A stretch of 64,000 bases of DNA from IMG/VR virus record IMGVR_UViG_2936984999_000001, positions 58,815 to 122,814 of that record, one strand, 5' to 3'. The translations under genes were made by a program, and so were the position numbers. This stretch comes from a virus. Lineage: Duplodnaviria > Caudoviricetes. The notes below the pieces were generated by a model. That model did no database searches. It had not been told where the DNA came from and saw only the letters and a list, made by a program, of their open reading frames with translations. Of this stretch, positions 10,144-21,300 are shown one piece after another (position 1 is the first letter of the stretch; each line of letters opens with the position of its first letter).

Positions 10144-10898
10144 AGTTTGATGAATCAATCTTTAAATATGATGAGTGCAAACTTCTATTTAGAGAACCAT
10201 ATAGACTGAACAGTTATATAACGATTTCGCAACCGACTATGCAGGATATTATTAATTTTGGTGAACAGGAATATTATCAGATGATAGGCTTGTTATGTGG
10301 TACACCGTCAGATTTTAAAGTAATGCTTTGGGATAATGGGCAAGATTGGAATAAGATTAGTGAATTTGATTTTTTCTGTGTTTTTGCCACAAGCTTAACA
10401 CCAGACAAAACAGGAATTTTATTTGGAGATTTAGATTTTAGTAAATTCCGCTTGGCTACGAAAAATGAGACAGGCGAAACAGTTCTTTATAATGAAGAAC
10501 TTGATTTTGCAATTGATTCCTTTATTTATCATCACATAGTTTCTTATATAAGGCGTATTAATGGCATGACTTATACAGGAACTAAGATTATAAAAGGAGC
10601 AACTGCAAAGAAATTGGTTATCGAAAGAGACCGAAATAGAATGAAAGCTCAGGCAAATAAGCCGTATGAATCACAATTAGTTAATTTGATTTCTGCTATG
10701 CTTGTTTATCCTGGTTTCAAATATAGTAAAGATCAGTTAAAAGAATGCGGAATATATGAATTTATGGATGCTGTTAAGCGTTCACAGATATACACTTCTA
10801 CTATTGCTCTTACACAAGGAGCTTACAGTGGATTTATGGATACAAAAAATATTAAGCAGGAATCATTTAACTGGTTACGTAGTACAGACCAAACTTAG
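10131..10898 (+). CDS. Hypothetical tail-module protein
   Basis: 255-aa ORF overlapping the upstream gene in the structural operon. Confidence 0.55.
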   Translation: MDKLEFDESIFKYDECKLLFREPYRLNSYITISQPTMQDIINFGEQEYYQMIGLLCGTPSDFKVMLWDNGQDWNKISEFDFFCVFATSLTPDKTGILFGDLDFSKFRLATKNETGETVLYNEELDFAIDSFIYHHIVSYIRRINGMTYTGTKIIKGATAKKLVIERDRNRMKAQANKPYESQLVNLISAMLVYPGFKYSKDQLKECGIYEFMDAVKRSQIYTSTIALTQGAYSGFMDTKNIKQESFNWLRSTDQT

Positions 10899-10939
10899 GT
10901 CTGTTTTTTTTATGCAAAAATTTAAAGGAGGAAAACTAT

Positions 10940-11758
10940 ATGTTTGAATTAGATGGCGTATTATGGGATTCTGCGCTTCATGCAGTTGCAGATAGTAAAG
11001 ATGGAAAAGAAGTATATTACCGTCTCCCAGATATCAGTGATGTTTCTATTGATATTTCTGCTGATACAAAAGATTCTGTAGATAAGGATGGCGCAATTAT
11101 TAAGAGATCCTACACAGCTAAGGCTGCAGCAGTTACACTTACAAATACTCACCTTGTTCTTGGTGCTTATGCTGGTACAACTGGTTCCAATAAGGTTGTA
11201 GCAGATACAGGAGCCGAGGTTGAGACACCTAAGATGATTCTTATTGATCCGCCTACTACTGACAATGAAGAAAGCAAGAAATATACACTTCCGGATACAC
11301 CAATTGAAGGAACAGTTAGTGTTACACCAGTTTACAAAGATGGTGGTACAGGCAAAACTTATGCAATGGATACACAGGCAGATACTGCAAAATTTGCAAT
11401 TACTGGAAAGGAGATTACTCTTCCAACAGGTGATTACAAAGATATTGTACAGCTTTTAGTTAAATACGAATATAAATGTGCAAGTGCTGTTATGGTTGAA
11501 AACCATGCAGATAAATTCCCAAAAACAGTTCGTCTTACAATCGTAGGATTATATTATGATCCATGTGAAAAGGATGTTCTGCGTCTTGGTTACATTGTAT
11601 TCCCAAGTTTCCAGCCAAGTCCAGAGACCACAATTGCTATGAAGAATGACTCTACATTTGATTACAAGGGTGATGCTCAGTCTGACTATTGTGCTAAAAA
11701 GAAACGTCTGTTCTATATGGTATTCCCTGAAGACGATATTCAGAAAGACGAAGACTGA
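10940..11758 (+). CDS. Major tail tube protein
   Basis: Strong RBS, beta-rich acidic 272 aa, flanked by terminators, upstream of the TMP. Confidence 0.65.
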   Translation: MFELDGVLWDSALHAVADSKDGKEVYYRLPDISDVSIDISADTKDSVDKDGAIIKRSYTAKAAAVTLTNTHLVLGAYAGTTGSNKVVADTGAEVETPKMILIDPPTTDNEESKKYTLPDTPIEGTVSVTPVYKDGGTGKTYAMDTQADTAKFAITGKEITLPTGDYKDIVQLLVKYEYKCASAVMVENHADKFPKTVRLTIVGLYYDPCEKDVLRLGYIVFPSFQPSPETTIAMKNDSTFDYKGDAQSDYCAKKKRLFYMVFPEDDIQKDED

Positions 11759-11767
11759 TATTCTCTT

Positions 11768-11798
11768 AACCCCATGGACTTATAATCCATGGGGTTTT
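11768..11798 (+). terminator. Terminator after the tail tube gene
   Basis: aaccccatgga/tccatggggtt stem plus Ts. Confidence 0.65.
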
Positions 11799-11820
11799 AT
11801 CAGAAAGAAAGGAGGATGTC

Positions 11821-12273
11821 ATGTCTAATAAGAGAAAATGTTTGATGTGTGAAACTGAGTATAAATATTGTCCTTATTGCCGTGATTATGATCAGCAGCC
11901 ACGTTGGAAAACAACATTTGATAAAGAAGAATGCAGAAATGTATACAATATTCTTACTGGTTATTATAGCGGTAATTATACAAAAGATGTGGCAAGAGAA
12001 AAACTTCTTAATGTAAATATTGATGGAATTGTATTTAACAACGCTGTCAAGAAACAGATTGATGAAGTATTGCAAGTTTCTACAGAAGAATTAAAAACAG
12101 TCCATGACGAAATTACTGATTCTGATGATATCATGGATGGAATTAAAAATATCGAACCAGTTCTTAAAAACGACAAAGTTTTTGAGAAAGCTGATGAGAA
12201 AAAGAAACAGGTAGTAAAGATTAAACCGGTTTCTACAGTAAAACCAGTAGTTAATAAAGCTACTAATAAATAA
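11821..12273 (+). CDS. Hypothetical protein with CxxC..CxxC zinc motif
   Basis: RBS AGGAGG; CLMC..YCPYC. Confidence 0.65.
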   Translation: MSNKRKCLMCETEYKYCPYCRDYDQQPRWKTTFDKEECRNVYNILTGYYSGNYTKDVAREKLLNVNIDGIVFNNAVKKQIDEVLQVSTEELKTVHDEITDSDDIMDGIKNIEPVLKNDKVFEKADEKKKQVVKIKPVSTVKPVVNKATNK

Positions 12274-12384
12274 TTTTGAAGAGTGATTAAGGAGGTAAGA
12301 AAAATATGACCTATTCGCATTGTTTGCGTTTTAAAATCATTCTTACCTCATTTTTTCGCTTTTCTATAGGATCAAAAGGACAAA

Positions 12385-12606
12385 ATGCTTATGCGTGAAT
12401 ATAACGAAGTGATGAATAAATATTATGATCCTGAAAAATGTGTATTCTTTGAAAATGCTCTTCAGAGTAATGCTTATATTTTTCGCGGTAATGCAGAACT
12501 ACAGGCAGTCTTAGATTCAAAAAGAAATCCAGGACGCTTTGTATTCGCATTCCTTATCAGTGATCATAAGAGACTTAGAGAAAAATGGAAAAATCACGAA
12601 TTATAG
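12385..12606 (+). CDS. Small hypothetical protein
   Basis: 73-aa ORF with RBS aaagga. Confidence 0.55.
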   Translation: MLMREYNEVMNKYYDPEKCVFFENALQSNAYIFRGNAELQAVLDSKRNPGRFVFAFLISDHKRLREKWKNHEL

Positions 12607-12616
12607 GTGATACATT

Positions 12617-13006
12617 ATGAAATATTTAACAGAAAAAGAATTTGAAAAAGAAATGACGCAGATCAAACAGCAAAAGCGTCAATATGAAATGAAAAAAGAA
12701 CTTAGAGAAGCAAAACGCAGATTTCCTAAGTTTAAGAAACCAAGAACAAGTAAGATGGTGTTATGGACTGTGATTGCCATTTGTATACAGATCTTATGGT
12801 TTACAGAACATATGGCAACTATTACAGGTGACACAAGTTTTATGTATGCACTTGTCGCTATTCCTGCCTCATTAATTCCAACTGTTTTAAGTTATATGAA
12901 AAATAGTCGTGTGGAACATCAAATGGGACAGTTTGAAAATCCGATAGAGACTCCATATGTAACTTTAGACTTAAATAATGAAGAAGAAAATAAAGCATCC
13001 GGTTAA
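12617..13006 (+). CDS. Two-TM membrane protein
   Basis: Basic N-terminus followed by two hydrophobic segments. Confidence 0.6.
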   Translation: MKYLTEKEFEKEMTQIKQQKRQYEMKKELREAKRRFPKFKKPRTSKMVLWTVIAICIQILWFTEHMATITGDTSFMYALVAIPASLIPTVLSYMKNSRVEHQMGQFENPIETPYVTLDLNNEEENKASG

Positions 13007-13019
13007 AGAGGTGAGATGA

Positions 13020-13316
13020 ATGAATACAAATATTTTTATTATGTTATTTGCAATTTATAGTATTGCAACAGGACTTGTAGTTGAGACAATTAAAAAATTA
13101 CTTGATGAAGCAAATAGAAAATATGCTTCCAATTTACTTGCTTTTATTGTTGCAATTGTTATCGGAACTGTAGGAACACTTGTATATTACCAGTTATATG
13201 GTATTGCTTTTGATGTAAACAATATTATTTGTGCAGTGCTACTTGGAATTTTAAGCGGCGTTGGTGCAATGGTTGGTTTTGATAAAGTAAAACAGTTTAT
13301 TGGACAGATTAAATAA
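13020..13316 (+). CDS. Holin-like three-TM protein
   Basis: 98 aa, three hydrophobic helices, ends GFDKVKQFIGQIK. Confidence 0.55.
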   Translation: MNTNIFIMLFAIYSIATGLVVETIKKLLDEANRKYASNLLAFIVAIVIGTVGTLVYYQLYGIAFDVNNIICAVLLGILSGVGAMVGFDKVKQFIGQIK

Positions 13317-13321
13317 TACAG

Positions 13322-13891
13322 ATGGCAGAAAAATTATACCTAACCTCTCCTATGCCACCTTCAGTTAATCACTACACTTCTGTGCGTACCATAATGAAAA
13401 ATGGCAGACCACTTTCAATGGTATATGAGACCAAAGAAGCCAAGGATTATAAAAAGGCATTCAAGAAAATAATCGAGGATGAAGTAAAAAAACAGAACTG
13501 GACCAGAGAGGTAAATGATACACAGCATTTTTTTATAGATGCTGTTTTTTATTTTGACAGAATTGATAAAGATTGTGCAAACTATGAAAAATGCTTAGAT
13601 GATACAATCACAGAAACACAGCTAATATGGAAGGATGATAATGTAGCACTCTTCCGCCCTCAGAGAATTTTTTATGATAAGGACAATCCAAGGATTGAGC
13701 TTACAATTTATCCTGTTGAATATATTGGGATCTTTAATAGTGACGATGATAAGGTAAAATTTGAAGACAAATGCAAAACATGTAAACGCTATGCAAGAAA
13801 TTGCAGTTTATTAAGAAAGGCTATTGAAGGAAGAATCCAGCCTGAAATCAAAGATTACGTATGTGAAAAATACTCTGAGATTAAAAATTAA
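13322..13891 (+). CDS. rusA: RusA-family Holliday junction resolvase
   Basis: PPSVNHY, DxDxxNYEKCLDD, WKDDN and NPRIELTI motifs. Confidence 0.85.
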   Translation: MAEKLYLTSPMPPSVNHYTSVRTIMKNGRPLSMVYETKEAKDYKKAFKKIIEDEVKKQNWTREVNDTQHFFIDAVFYFDRIDKDCANYEKCLDDTITETQLIWKDDNVALFRPQRIFYDKDNPRIELTIYPVEYIGIFNSDDDKVKFEDKCKTCKRYARNCSLLRKAIEGRIQPEIKDYVCEKYSEIKN

Positions 13892-13907
13892 ATATTGGAA
13901 AATTATT

Positions 13908-14087
13908 ATGTACTCTTATGAGATTAGTGAACTATTAACAAGAAGTAACTATAGAATTCCATCGGATGTTTATTGGAAAATATGTGAATCACCACAAGTA
14001 TGCAGAGTTAAATATAATCCATATGGTGATTGTATAGAAATTTGGACATCCGATGGAAACTATTGGAAAGTTACTGTTTATGAGTAA
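13908..14087 (+). CDS. Small hypothetical protein
   Basis: ORF filling the gap after rusA; start chosen at MYSYEI. Confidence 0.5.
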   Translation: MYSYEISELLTRSNYRIPSDVYWKICESPQVCRVKYNPYGDCIEIWTSDGNYWKVTVYE

Positions 14088-14119
14088 AAGGAAAATTGTT
14101 TGAAAAGGAGTAATTAACT

Positions 14120-14674
14120 ATGAAAGATATTACCGTACAGAAATTTATTAATACATATAATAAGAAGGAATCCGATAAGGAGAAACAGGATTATATTAAA
14201 TCAATGGTAAAAATTGAGTATATGCCGATCAATACAAAAATGACTCTTGCTGAAAAAATTGTTGAGAACGCATATTGGAAAGATGTTGAGAAAAAGGATA
14301 TTGTAAGTGTCAGCTCTCCAGTTAGACATGTGCTTCATGTATATACAATTATTAATAATTATACATATGTCCATATGGACAATAAGACTATGGCTGAAGA
14401 CTATGATTATCTTAACAGAGGTGGACTTGTTGTAGAGCTTATTAAAGCAATTGGAAATGATGTTACAGAATTTACAGCTATTGAAGAAATGACTGCACAG
14501 GATTTTATGACTAATCATTATGGAACACAGGCATTTATTCAGAACCAGGTTACCAGACTGAATGATGTGTTGAAACAGGTTGGTACTTCTCTCGCACCAG
14601 TATTTGCTGAAGCGATGAAAGATATTAGTAAGGAAGATATTATAAAGCTTGTTAAAGCGATTTCTTCAAAATAA
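14120..14674 (+). CDS. Hypothetical protein, possible tail assembly chaperone
   Basis: RBS AAGGAG; upstream of the TMP. Confidence 0.5.
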   Translation: MKDITVQKFINTYNKKESDKEKQDYIKSMVKIEYMPINTKMTLAEKIVENAYWKDVEKKDIVSVSSPVRHVLHVYTIINNYTYVHMDNKTMAEDYDYLNRGGLVVELIKAIGNDVTEFTAIEEMTAQDFMTNHYGTQAFIQNQVTRLNDVLKQVGTSLAPVFAEAMKDISKEDIIKLVKAISSK

Positions 14675-14691
14675 AATATGAACATTTAGTT

Positions 14692-14726
14692 AAGCTCCAT
14701 GGCTGTCAAAGGTCATGGAGCTTTTT
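14692..14726 (+). terminator. Intrinsic terminator-like hairpin
   Basis: aagctccatgg/tcatggagctt plus Ts. Confidence 0.6.
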
Positions 14727-14749
14727 ACAGTTTGAATAGGAGTTAAAAT

Positions 14750-15283
14750 ATGATTTCATTAAAAATTAACGCTTCTAATCTCAATAAGGCGGCTAGAAAA
14801 TTTAGAAAATTAGCTGATAGTATTGAGACTGCAGAAAAGAAAACAAATGAAGAAATACCTAAAAAGGCTGCTCCTGAGATTGAAAATGCAAGCAGGTTCG
14901 CAGTTGAAGATTGGTATATGTCATTCAATCCTGAATACTATGAAAGAACTGAATCTCTATTAAATGTATATGATGTAAAGCCATTATCAGGGGAAATTAA
15001 TGTTAATTTAAGCTCTGATGAATTAGGTGGACATAGAGTAGGTAATGACTACATTTATGAGTATATATTTAAACAAGGTTATCACGGTGGAGCCATTGAT
15101 GGTCCTGAACATCCAGCTCCTGGAACTCCATATTGGAGAACAGGATTTAATTTTTCAGAATGGGGAAGACCTGCTCCAAAAACAACTTCTGCTTATATGC
15201 TTATGCAGAAATACATTAGTGAAAAGAAAGATCCAATTAAGGAACTTACGTGGAGTACGTTTATTGGATATCTAAAATGGTAA
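14750..15283 (+). CDS. Putative tail component/neck protein
   Basis: YYERT..L and GYHGG motifs; immediately upstream of the TMP. Confidence 0.45.
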   Translation: MISLKINASNLNKAARKFRKLADSIETAEKKTNEEIPKKAAPEIENASRFAVEDWYMSFNPEYYERTESLLNVYDVKPLSGEINVNLSSDELGGHRVGNDYIYEYIFKQGYHGGAIDGPEHPAPGTPYWRTGFNFSEWGRPAPKTTSAYMLMQKYISEKKDPIKELTWSTFIGYLKW

Positions 15284-15301
15284 GAAAGGAAGTGAATTTA
15301 T

Positions 15302-18300
15302 ATGCCTAATGAAGATTTTAGTATAAAAACTGGTATAGAGGTTGATGATAGTGGAGTCAGCCAATTAAAAAGTATTGCTGATGAGCTTGAAAAAACAGCG
15401 AAAGCTTTACAGAAAATTAATAACGTAAAATTTAATGGTGATATTTTCTCTGGGTTGACAAATGCAGGAAAAAATATTCAAAACGTCACTAAAGAGATTG
15501 ATAAATTACAGAAGTCTGCCAATGGTGCTGGAAAACCATTAACCAACATTGGAAAAGGCGCAGAAAGTATTGTTTCAGGAAACTCAAAGCAGTTTACATT
15601 ATTAGATTTAACTTCTATTGATGTAATTAAATCAAGTATGAGTGAAATTGCTGCTTCTGCTCAAAATCTTAAAGAAGCATTAGGATCAGAAGTTACTTCC
15701 GGATTAATGACTCAGATTGATGCTATGTTGGCGAAAAAAGATGAGTTACAGAATCTTGCGAATATTTTAAAAAGCAATAAGGAAGATTTAGGTAAAGCTG
15801 CGAAAGCAACTGGAAGTAGTAATAAAAAATCTGCAAATAACACATCATCTTCCACTTCTACTAAAACCCCAAAATATATAACTGATCAGTCTTATGTTGG
15901 TGATTATAAGACACTTGCAGATAATGAAGCTTTTGTTCATACTCTTAGTACGTTTAGACATAATACAACAGAAGCTCAAGCCGCCATAGAAGAACGAAAT
16001 AAAGTTATGGCAAGAGTAAACGCAAAAACACCACAGAACACTTCTGAAATAAATGCAAAGCAGAGATTTGATGATATTGATAAGACTATCACAGACAATC
16101 TTAGTAAATACGGAGATCGAATTCAGAGCGCTTATAATGCTTTCGACAAGATAAAGGCTGACAAAAGTGGCATCGCTGGAATTGAAGATGTATTTAAATC
16201 CAGTGAAGAACAGATAAACAAATGGGCTACTGCTGTCGCAAAAGGCAAAATGAGCATTGGTGAATTTGAGAAGAAAGTCAGTGGGCTAAGTGGATCTGTT
16301 GGCAGTATTGGTAAAATCATCGATCCTGCAAGTATTACAGATGCAAAAGGTGAATTGGAAAGTTATCTAAGAGAGCTTACCAATGTACAGGATATTACCT
16401 TTAGTGGATTTACAGAAAAAAATGGAATTGTTTCACTCAAAGGTACATTTAAGGATAGTGCCGGTGAAGCGCAGACTTTAAGTGTTCAATTAAATACACT
16501 GAATGGACAGATTAAAAATCTTGGAACTTCTGTAAAACCTGTTGAAAGTGGACTTAGCAAATTCTTCTCAGGTTGGAAAGAAAAAATGGTAAACCTTGCC
16601 CAATATTTGACTTCATTCCAGGCAATGAATCAAGTTTGGAATACGTTCAAACAAGGTTTAGAAATAGTTAAAGAGTTTGATACTGCTCTTACAGAAATGC
16701 GAAAAGTATCAGATGAGCCGATCAGTAAGCTAAAAGAATTCCAAAAGGAAAGCTTTGATATGGCAAAGAGCGTTGGTACTACTGCTCTGCAGATCCAGAA
16801 TAGTACGGCCGATTTCATGCGTTTGGGACAGAGCATGGAAGAGGCAAAGCAGTCCAGTATGAATGCTAATATTTTAAAGAATGTTTCGGAATTCGATAAT
16901 GTCGATGATGCAACTTCTGCACTAATTTCTATGCAAGCCGCATATAAAGACTTAACACAAACAGAATTAATTGACAAACTAGACAATATTGGAAACCGGT
17001 ATGCTGTAGCTACTGACGAGCTTGCAACTGGTTTACAGAAATCCGGTGCTACGCTCAGTTTAATGGGAAATAATATTGATGAATCCGTGGCGTTATTAAC
17101 TGCAGCGAACAGTCAGATTCAGAATATTGATACCGTGGCAGCCGGGGAAAAAGTAATTTCTTTGCGTATCGCAGGTAGGTTATGCCTGAACATACTGGAA
17201 GGTATGGGTGAATATTTATATTTACTGGTTGATAACTATATCGGTGGAGGTCTGGGGACAGATAATACCGAGGTAAGACCTATATTTATATAGGAAACCG
17301 TAACGACTGCAGGATGTGTGTGGTAACACATGTGTTGAAGTTATCCGTCCTTTTTCTATAAGGATGTAATATACAGTCTGAACAGCCGAAAGGCTCTTTT
17401 ACATTTCTTAGTGTAATCGTCACGCAATAATCCAAAATTTTATGAAACGTGAGACATAGGTAGAAATTCCTATGCGCCATATTTATATGGTTGGTAAGGT
17501 TTGTGATAAACCTGAAAGTAACAACTTGACAGAAGAAGCAAAGAAAGAACTTGAAGAGCTTGGTGAAGACACATCTGACTATGTTGTCGCAACTAAGGCA
17601 AAGAAGCAACAAATTATTAAGGATTATACTGCCGTAGCTTCTAATGGTGGAAAAGGTGTAGATATTCTTGATGCGAATGGTAACTATAAAAACATGTTCG
17701 AGATCATGAATGAAATCGGTTCAATCTACGCAGAATTACAAGCCGAAGATAAAAAGTATGGCGAAAATCGAAGTATGGCACTTATCGAAGAGTTAGCCGG
17801 TTCTAACCACAGTTTTAGCCGGATTATGTAGAAATGCATAATTAGAACATATTTAATTGCAGGTAAAGCCTTATGCTTTGCACCACAATAATGGAGAAAT
17901 CACATTATGAAGGTTTAAAAACACAAAGATTGGCAGATCTGCAGCGAAGCACCCTAACGTATTCCGTAGATCGTACGGTACTTGAGCCGAGGGTGAACGT
18001 TCACAGACTATTCCCATATAGGGAATCAGAAATATCATTATTCGATGATTATAAAATAAAGGTGGAAATCCTGAATATCTGATTCATTAGAAGTACGGCG
18101 TAATCGCAAATGACGTTGGTGAAAAGCCATTAAATGGAAACGGTATGCTTGCTGCTCTTTTGGGCGTGAGTAAGAAATAGTCGAAACTGACATGAAGAAT
18201 GTCAGATATTTTTTTGTATGGAGAAAAATTAAAAATGGATAAAAAATTTGATAAAGAATATTCAACACAATGGATTAAAGAAGTTAAGTGGCTTTCATGC

Positions 18301-21300
18301 CATAATGTTCGCTTTACGTTCGTAAAAAGAGATACGAATGGAATAACAATTTATAAATATAAAAAAACACATCAATTATTTTCTGCACTTGCAGAATTTT
18401 ATTGTAGAAATGGAGATTGACATAGTAGTGACAGAATTAAATAATGAAATTGAAAACAAAATATTAGAGTTATTTGATAAGGGATTGAACATAAAAAATA
18501 TCAATAGTGAATTAGGACTTGCTGATGGTGTTGTAACAAAATGTCTAAATAAACACGGAATTACAGATACAGGTTGGAATAACCCATCAAAAAGATATTA
18601 TTCGAAATTAACGGATGAACAAAAAAGAGAAATCGAAGATATGTATAGGGATGGACGACTGAAAGAGATTTTAAATATACATCCTACGTTAGAAAAGAGT
18701 TTTCTATATAATTTAATGTCAAGAAACAAAATAGAAAATGGCAAATATTTCTGGACCGAAGAAGATACAAACTATTTGAGAGATAATATTGGTTTGGGAT
18801 ATGATAAACTTTTTAAATATTTTTCTGGAAGACATACTAAAAAAGCCATAGAAACTAAAGCTAAGAAAATGGGATTAGCAAAACCCCAATATTGGACTGA
18901 AGATGAATTGAATATAATGAGAAAATACTATTCAACTATTCCAAAAGAAGATATTAAAAAACTGCTTCCAAATAGAACATGGAATTCTATCGTATTAAAA
19001 GGTAGTAATTTAAAAATAAAATCTCACCATTACCTTAATGAAAAATATTCTGAAAAAGAAGAGAATTTTATAAAAGAAAATTTTGGTAAGATGACAGATG
19101 CTGAAATTGCAAAAGCTATAGGAAAAACAATCCATGGAGTATGTGATAAAAGGCGTTTACTTGGTTTATATTATTTTGATAAAAATTATTCTAAATATAA
19201 CGATATTTCAAAATTCTTTCGAGCGCATATCTATGATTGGAAAGAAAACTCTATGAAACAATGTAATTATCAATGTATATTTACAGGCTCTAAAGATTAT
19301 GCAATTCACCATATAATAAGTTTCAACACTATTCTCTCAGAATTCTTTTCATATATTGAATCTAAAAATCTTTTAAAATCCAATAATTTAAATGATTACT
19401 CAAAAGAAGAACTTGATAATTTAATAAAAATATTTAATACAGTACACGACAAATATCCACTTGGTATTTGTGTACGAAAAGATATACATAATTTATTCCA
19501 TAATATTTACGGAAGTGGTGGAAACACAAAAGAACAATGGGATATATTTTCAGAAAAATTTTCAAATCATGAATACGACAATTTAATAGCGTAAATTTTT
19601 ATCCATGCAAAAAATATAGAGATGTGTTGCGAACATCTTTTAATAAAATTGAAAAACAGATCCAACGTTGCTTCAGCTATACTTAACAACTATGATTTAT
19701 TAGATAAAGTAAAGTCTGATTCTGAGCAATCTTCTGGAGCGGCACAAGAGGAAAATGAGAAGTATCTTGAAAGTATTGAAGCCTCCATAGCCCAACTTCA
19801 AACACAGCTCCAAGAGCTTGCAACAGTAACAATCAACAGTGATATGTTTAAAGGCGTAATAGATACAGCAACTGCCTTTCTTAACATCGTAACTCAGATC
19901 CTGGATAAACTTCCACTGCTCTCAACAGCAATTGGAGGATTCGCAGGATTTAAACTTTCACAAGCAGGTCTGGGTAAACAGCTTAACATAAACCATAAAG
20001 CTAGTTTCAATTCAAAATTTTATCGTAGTTAAGATGCCCATTTGATATGCTGCTGTCATAATCGCGACAGTTAGTATAGAACTTGTTCAAGATGGTGATT
20101 CGACACCTATTGACAGACCTTTAGCCTTAGAGCTATAAAGCCGAATATCGGAGGAAGCCGTAATCCACATCACTGTGGTACCTTAGTTCTGAAAATGAAT
20201 GAAAGGGATATATTGAAGATGGTAGTTCCGACACGTTAGCAAACACATATGTTTAAATTTACAAAAGTGGATGATAAAATTCACGAATAAAACGCAATTA
20301 TAACAGGAAGAAAGAAATAGAGAGCAGAAAGTTGCAGGTAACAACTCTCCACTCTCTTAAAAGACTAAAAGGAGATTACAAAAATATGAACTAAACTATT
20401 TATTATTTTGGGTGTCATCCTTATAGAATTCTCCAGACATGTCAAATCCTTTCAGAAATCCAAAATGGATGTGAAAGTTTTTCATGTTCTTAGATGGTAT
20501 TCTGCGGATTAACGACCATAGGATTAATAATCCTACAAGAGTTAAAACGAATAGAAATACATCTTCCATATCTCACCTCCTTCCTGTACGAAAGTATCAA
20601 GAAAGAGATTTGATGTTGGGGAGAATCCCATAGAAATGAATATAATATTTAGAGTACTTCATTTTAGACAATCTCATTTCTGGTACAAATTGCGTACCAT
20701 TAATTCAGTACTACATGACGACTGTCAGATATACTGTCGTGCAGCGGATCACAATGTAGACCTGTGACCACAAGTATATCTGACTTTGATTGTAGTATAA
20801 TTGTCCATTTTTGTAAATCCAGAACATATGTGTTTTCATGTAAAAGTGTAGTTTTACAGTTAACGTGCGAGAGGCTGACAAGGCGTATTATGTGTGACGT
20901 TACAACATATAGTACAATATACAGTCCAACCAGGGAAAGCCTGGGTAGCATGATGGGTCGAATAGTATAGATAGAACCGTGAGGTTACTACTCTCCTACT
21001 ACCTGAAATGCACTAACTGCACACATTCACCACGGCTTGCAAACGTGGTGTTTTTATTATTTTATTGAAAAAGAAGGTGAAGATTTTTATGCATATAAAA
21101 ATTTTTGATTGTGATATTTTCATTGATACTCACGAAATATCAATAAGTGATCATTCTGGTGAAAGCAGTTATAATTCATTTAATAAAAAACCTATTGACA
21201 CATGTGTTATTAAAGAAATTATAGAAGAACACTTATTATTTAATACTTCCAAAAGATTTAATGATCTTATTACTCAAGGCGAAGGTTTAATTGCGTAATT

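Larger units (their letters stand above)
17802..19651 (+). ncRNA. Group I intron (1850 nt) with HNH homing endonuclease, TMP intron 2
   Basis: P1 CCGGU/GCCGG; P AATTGCAGG 17855, Q ATCTGCAGC 17937, R GTTCACAGACTA 17999, S AAGAAATAGTC 18172; P10 gtttt/aaaac; terminal G19651. Confidence 0.88.

Noticed and set aside
20821-20834. LexA box-like AGAACATATGTGTT near the peptide promoter
   Set aside because: Only one good half-site; better explained as part of the P6 extension stem
20700-20970. ORF-track ORFs 20700-20951(-) and 20764-20970(+), likewise 8351-8569, 17286-17612 and 17873-18082
   Set aside because: They overlap ribozyme core helices, lack RBSs and give implausible sequences
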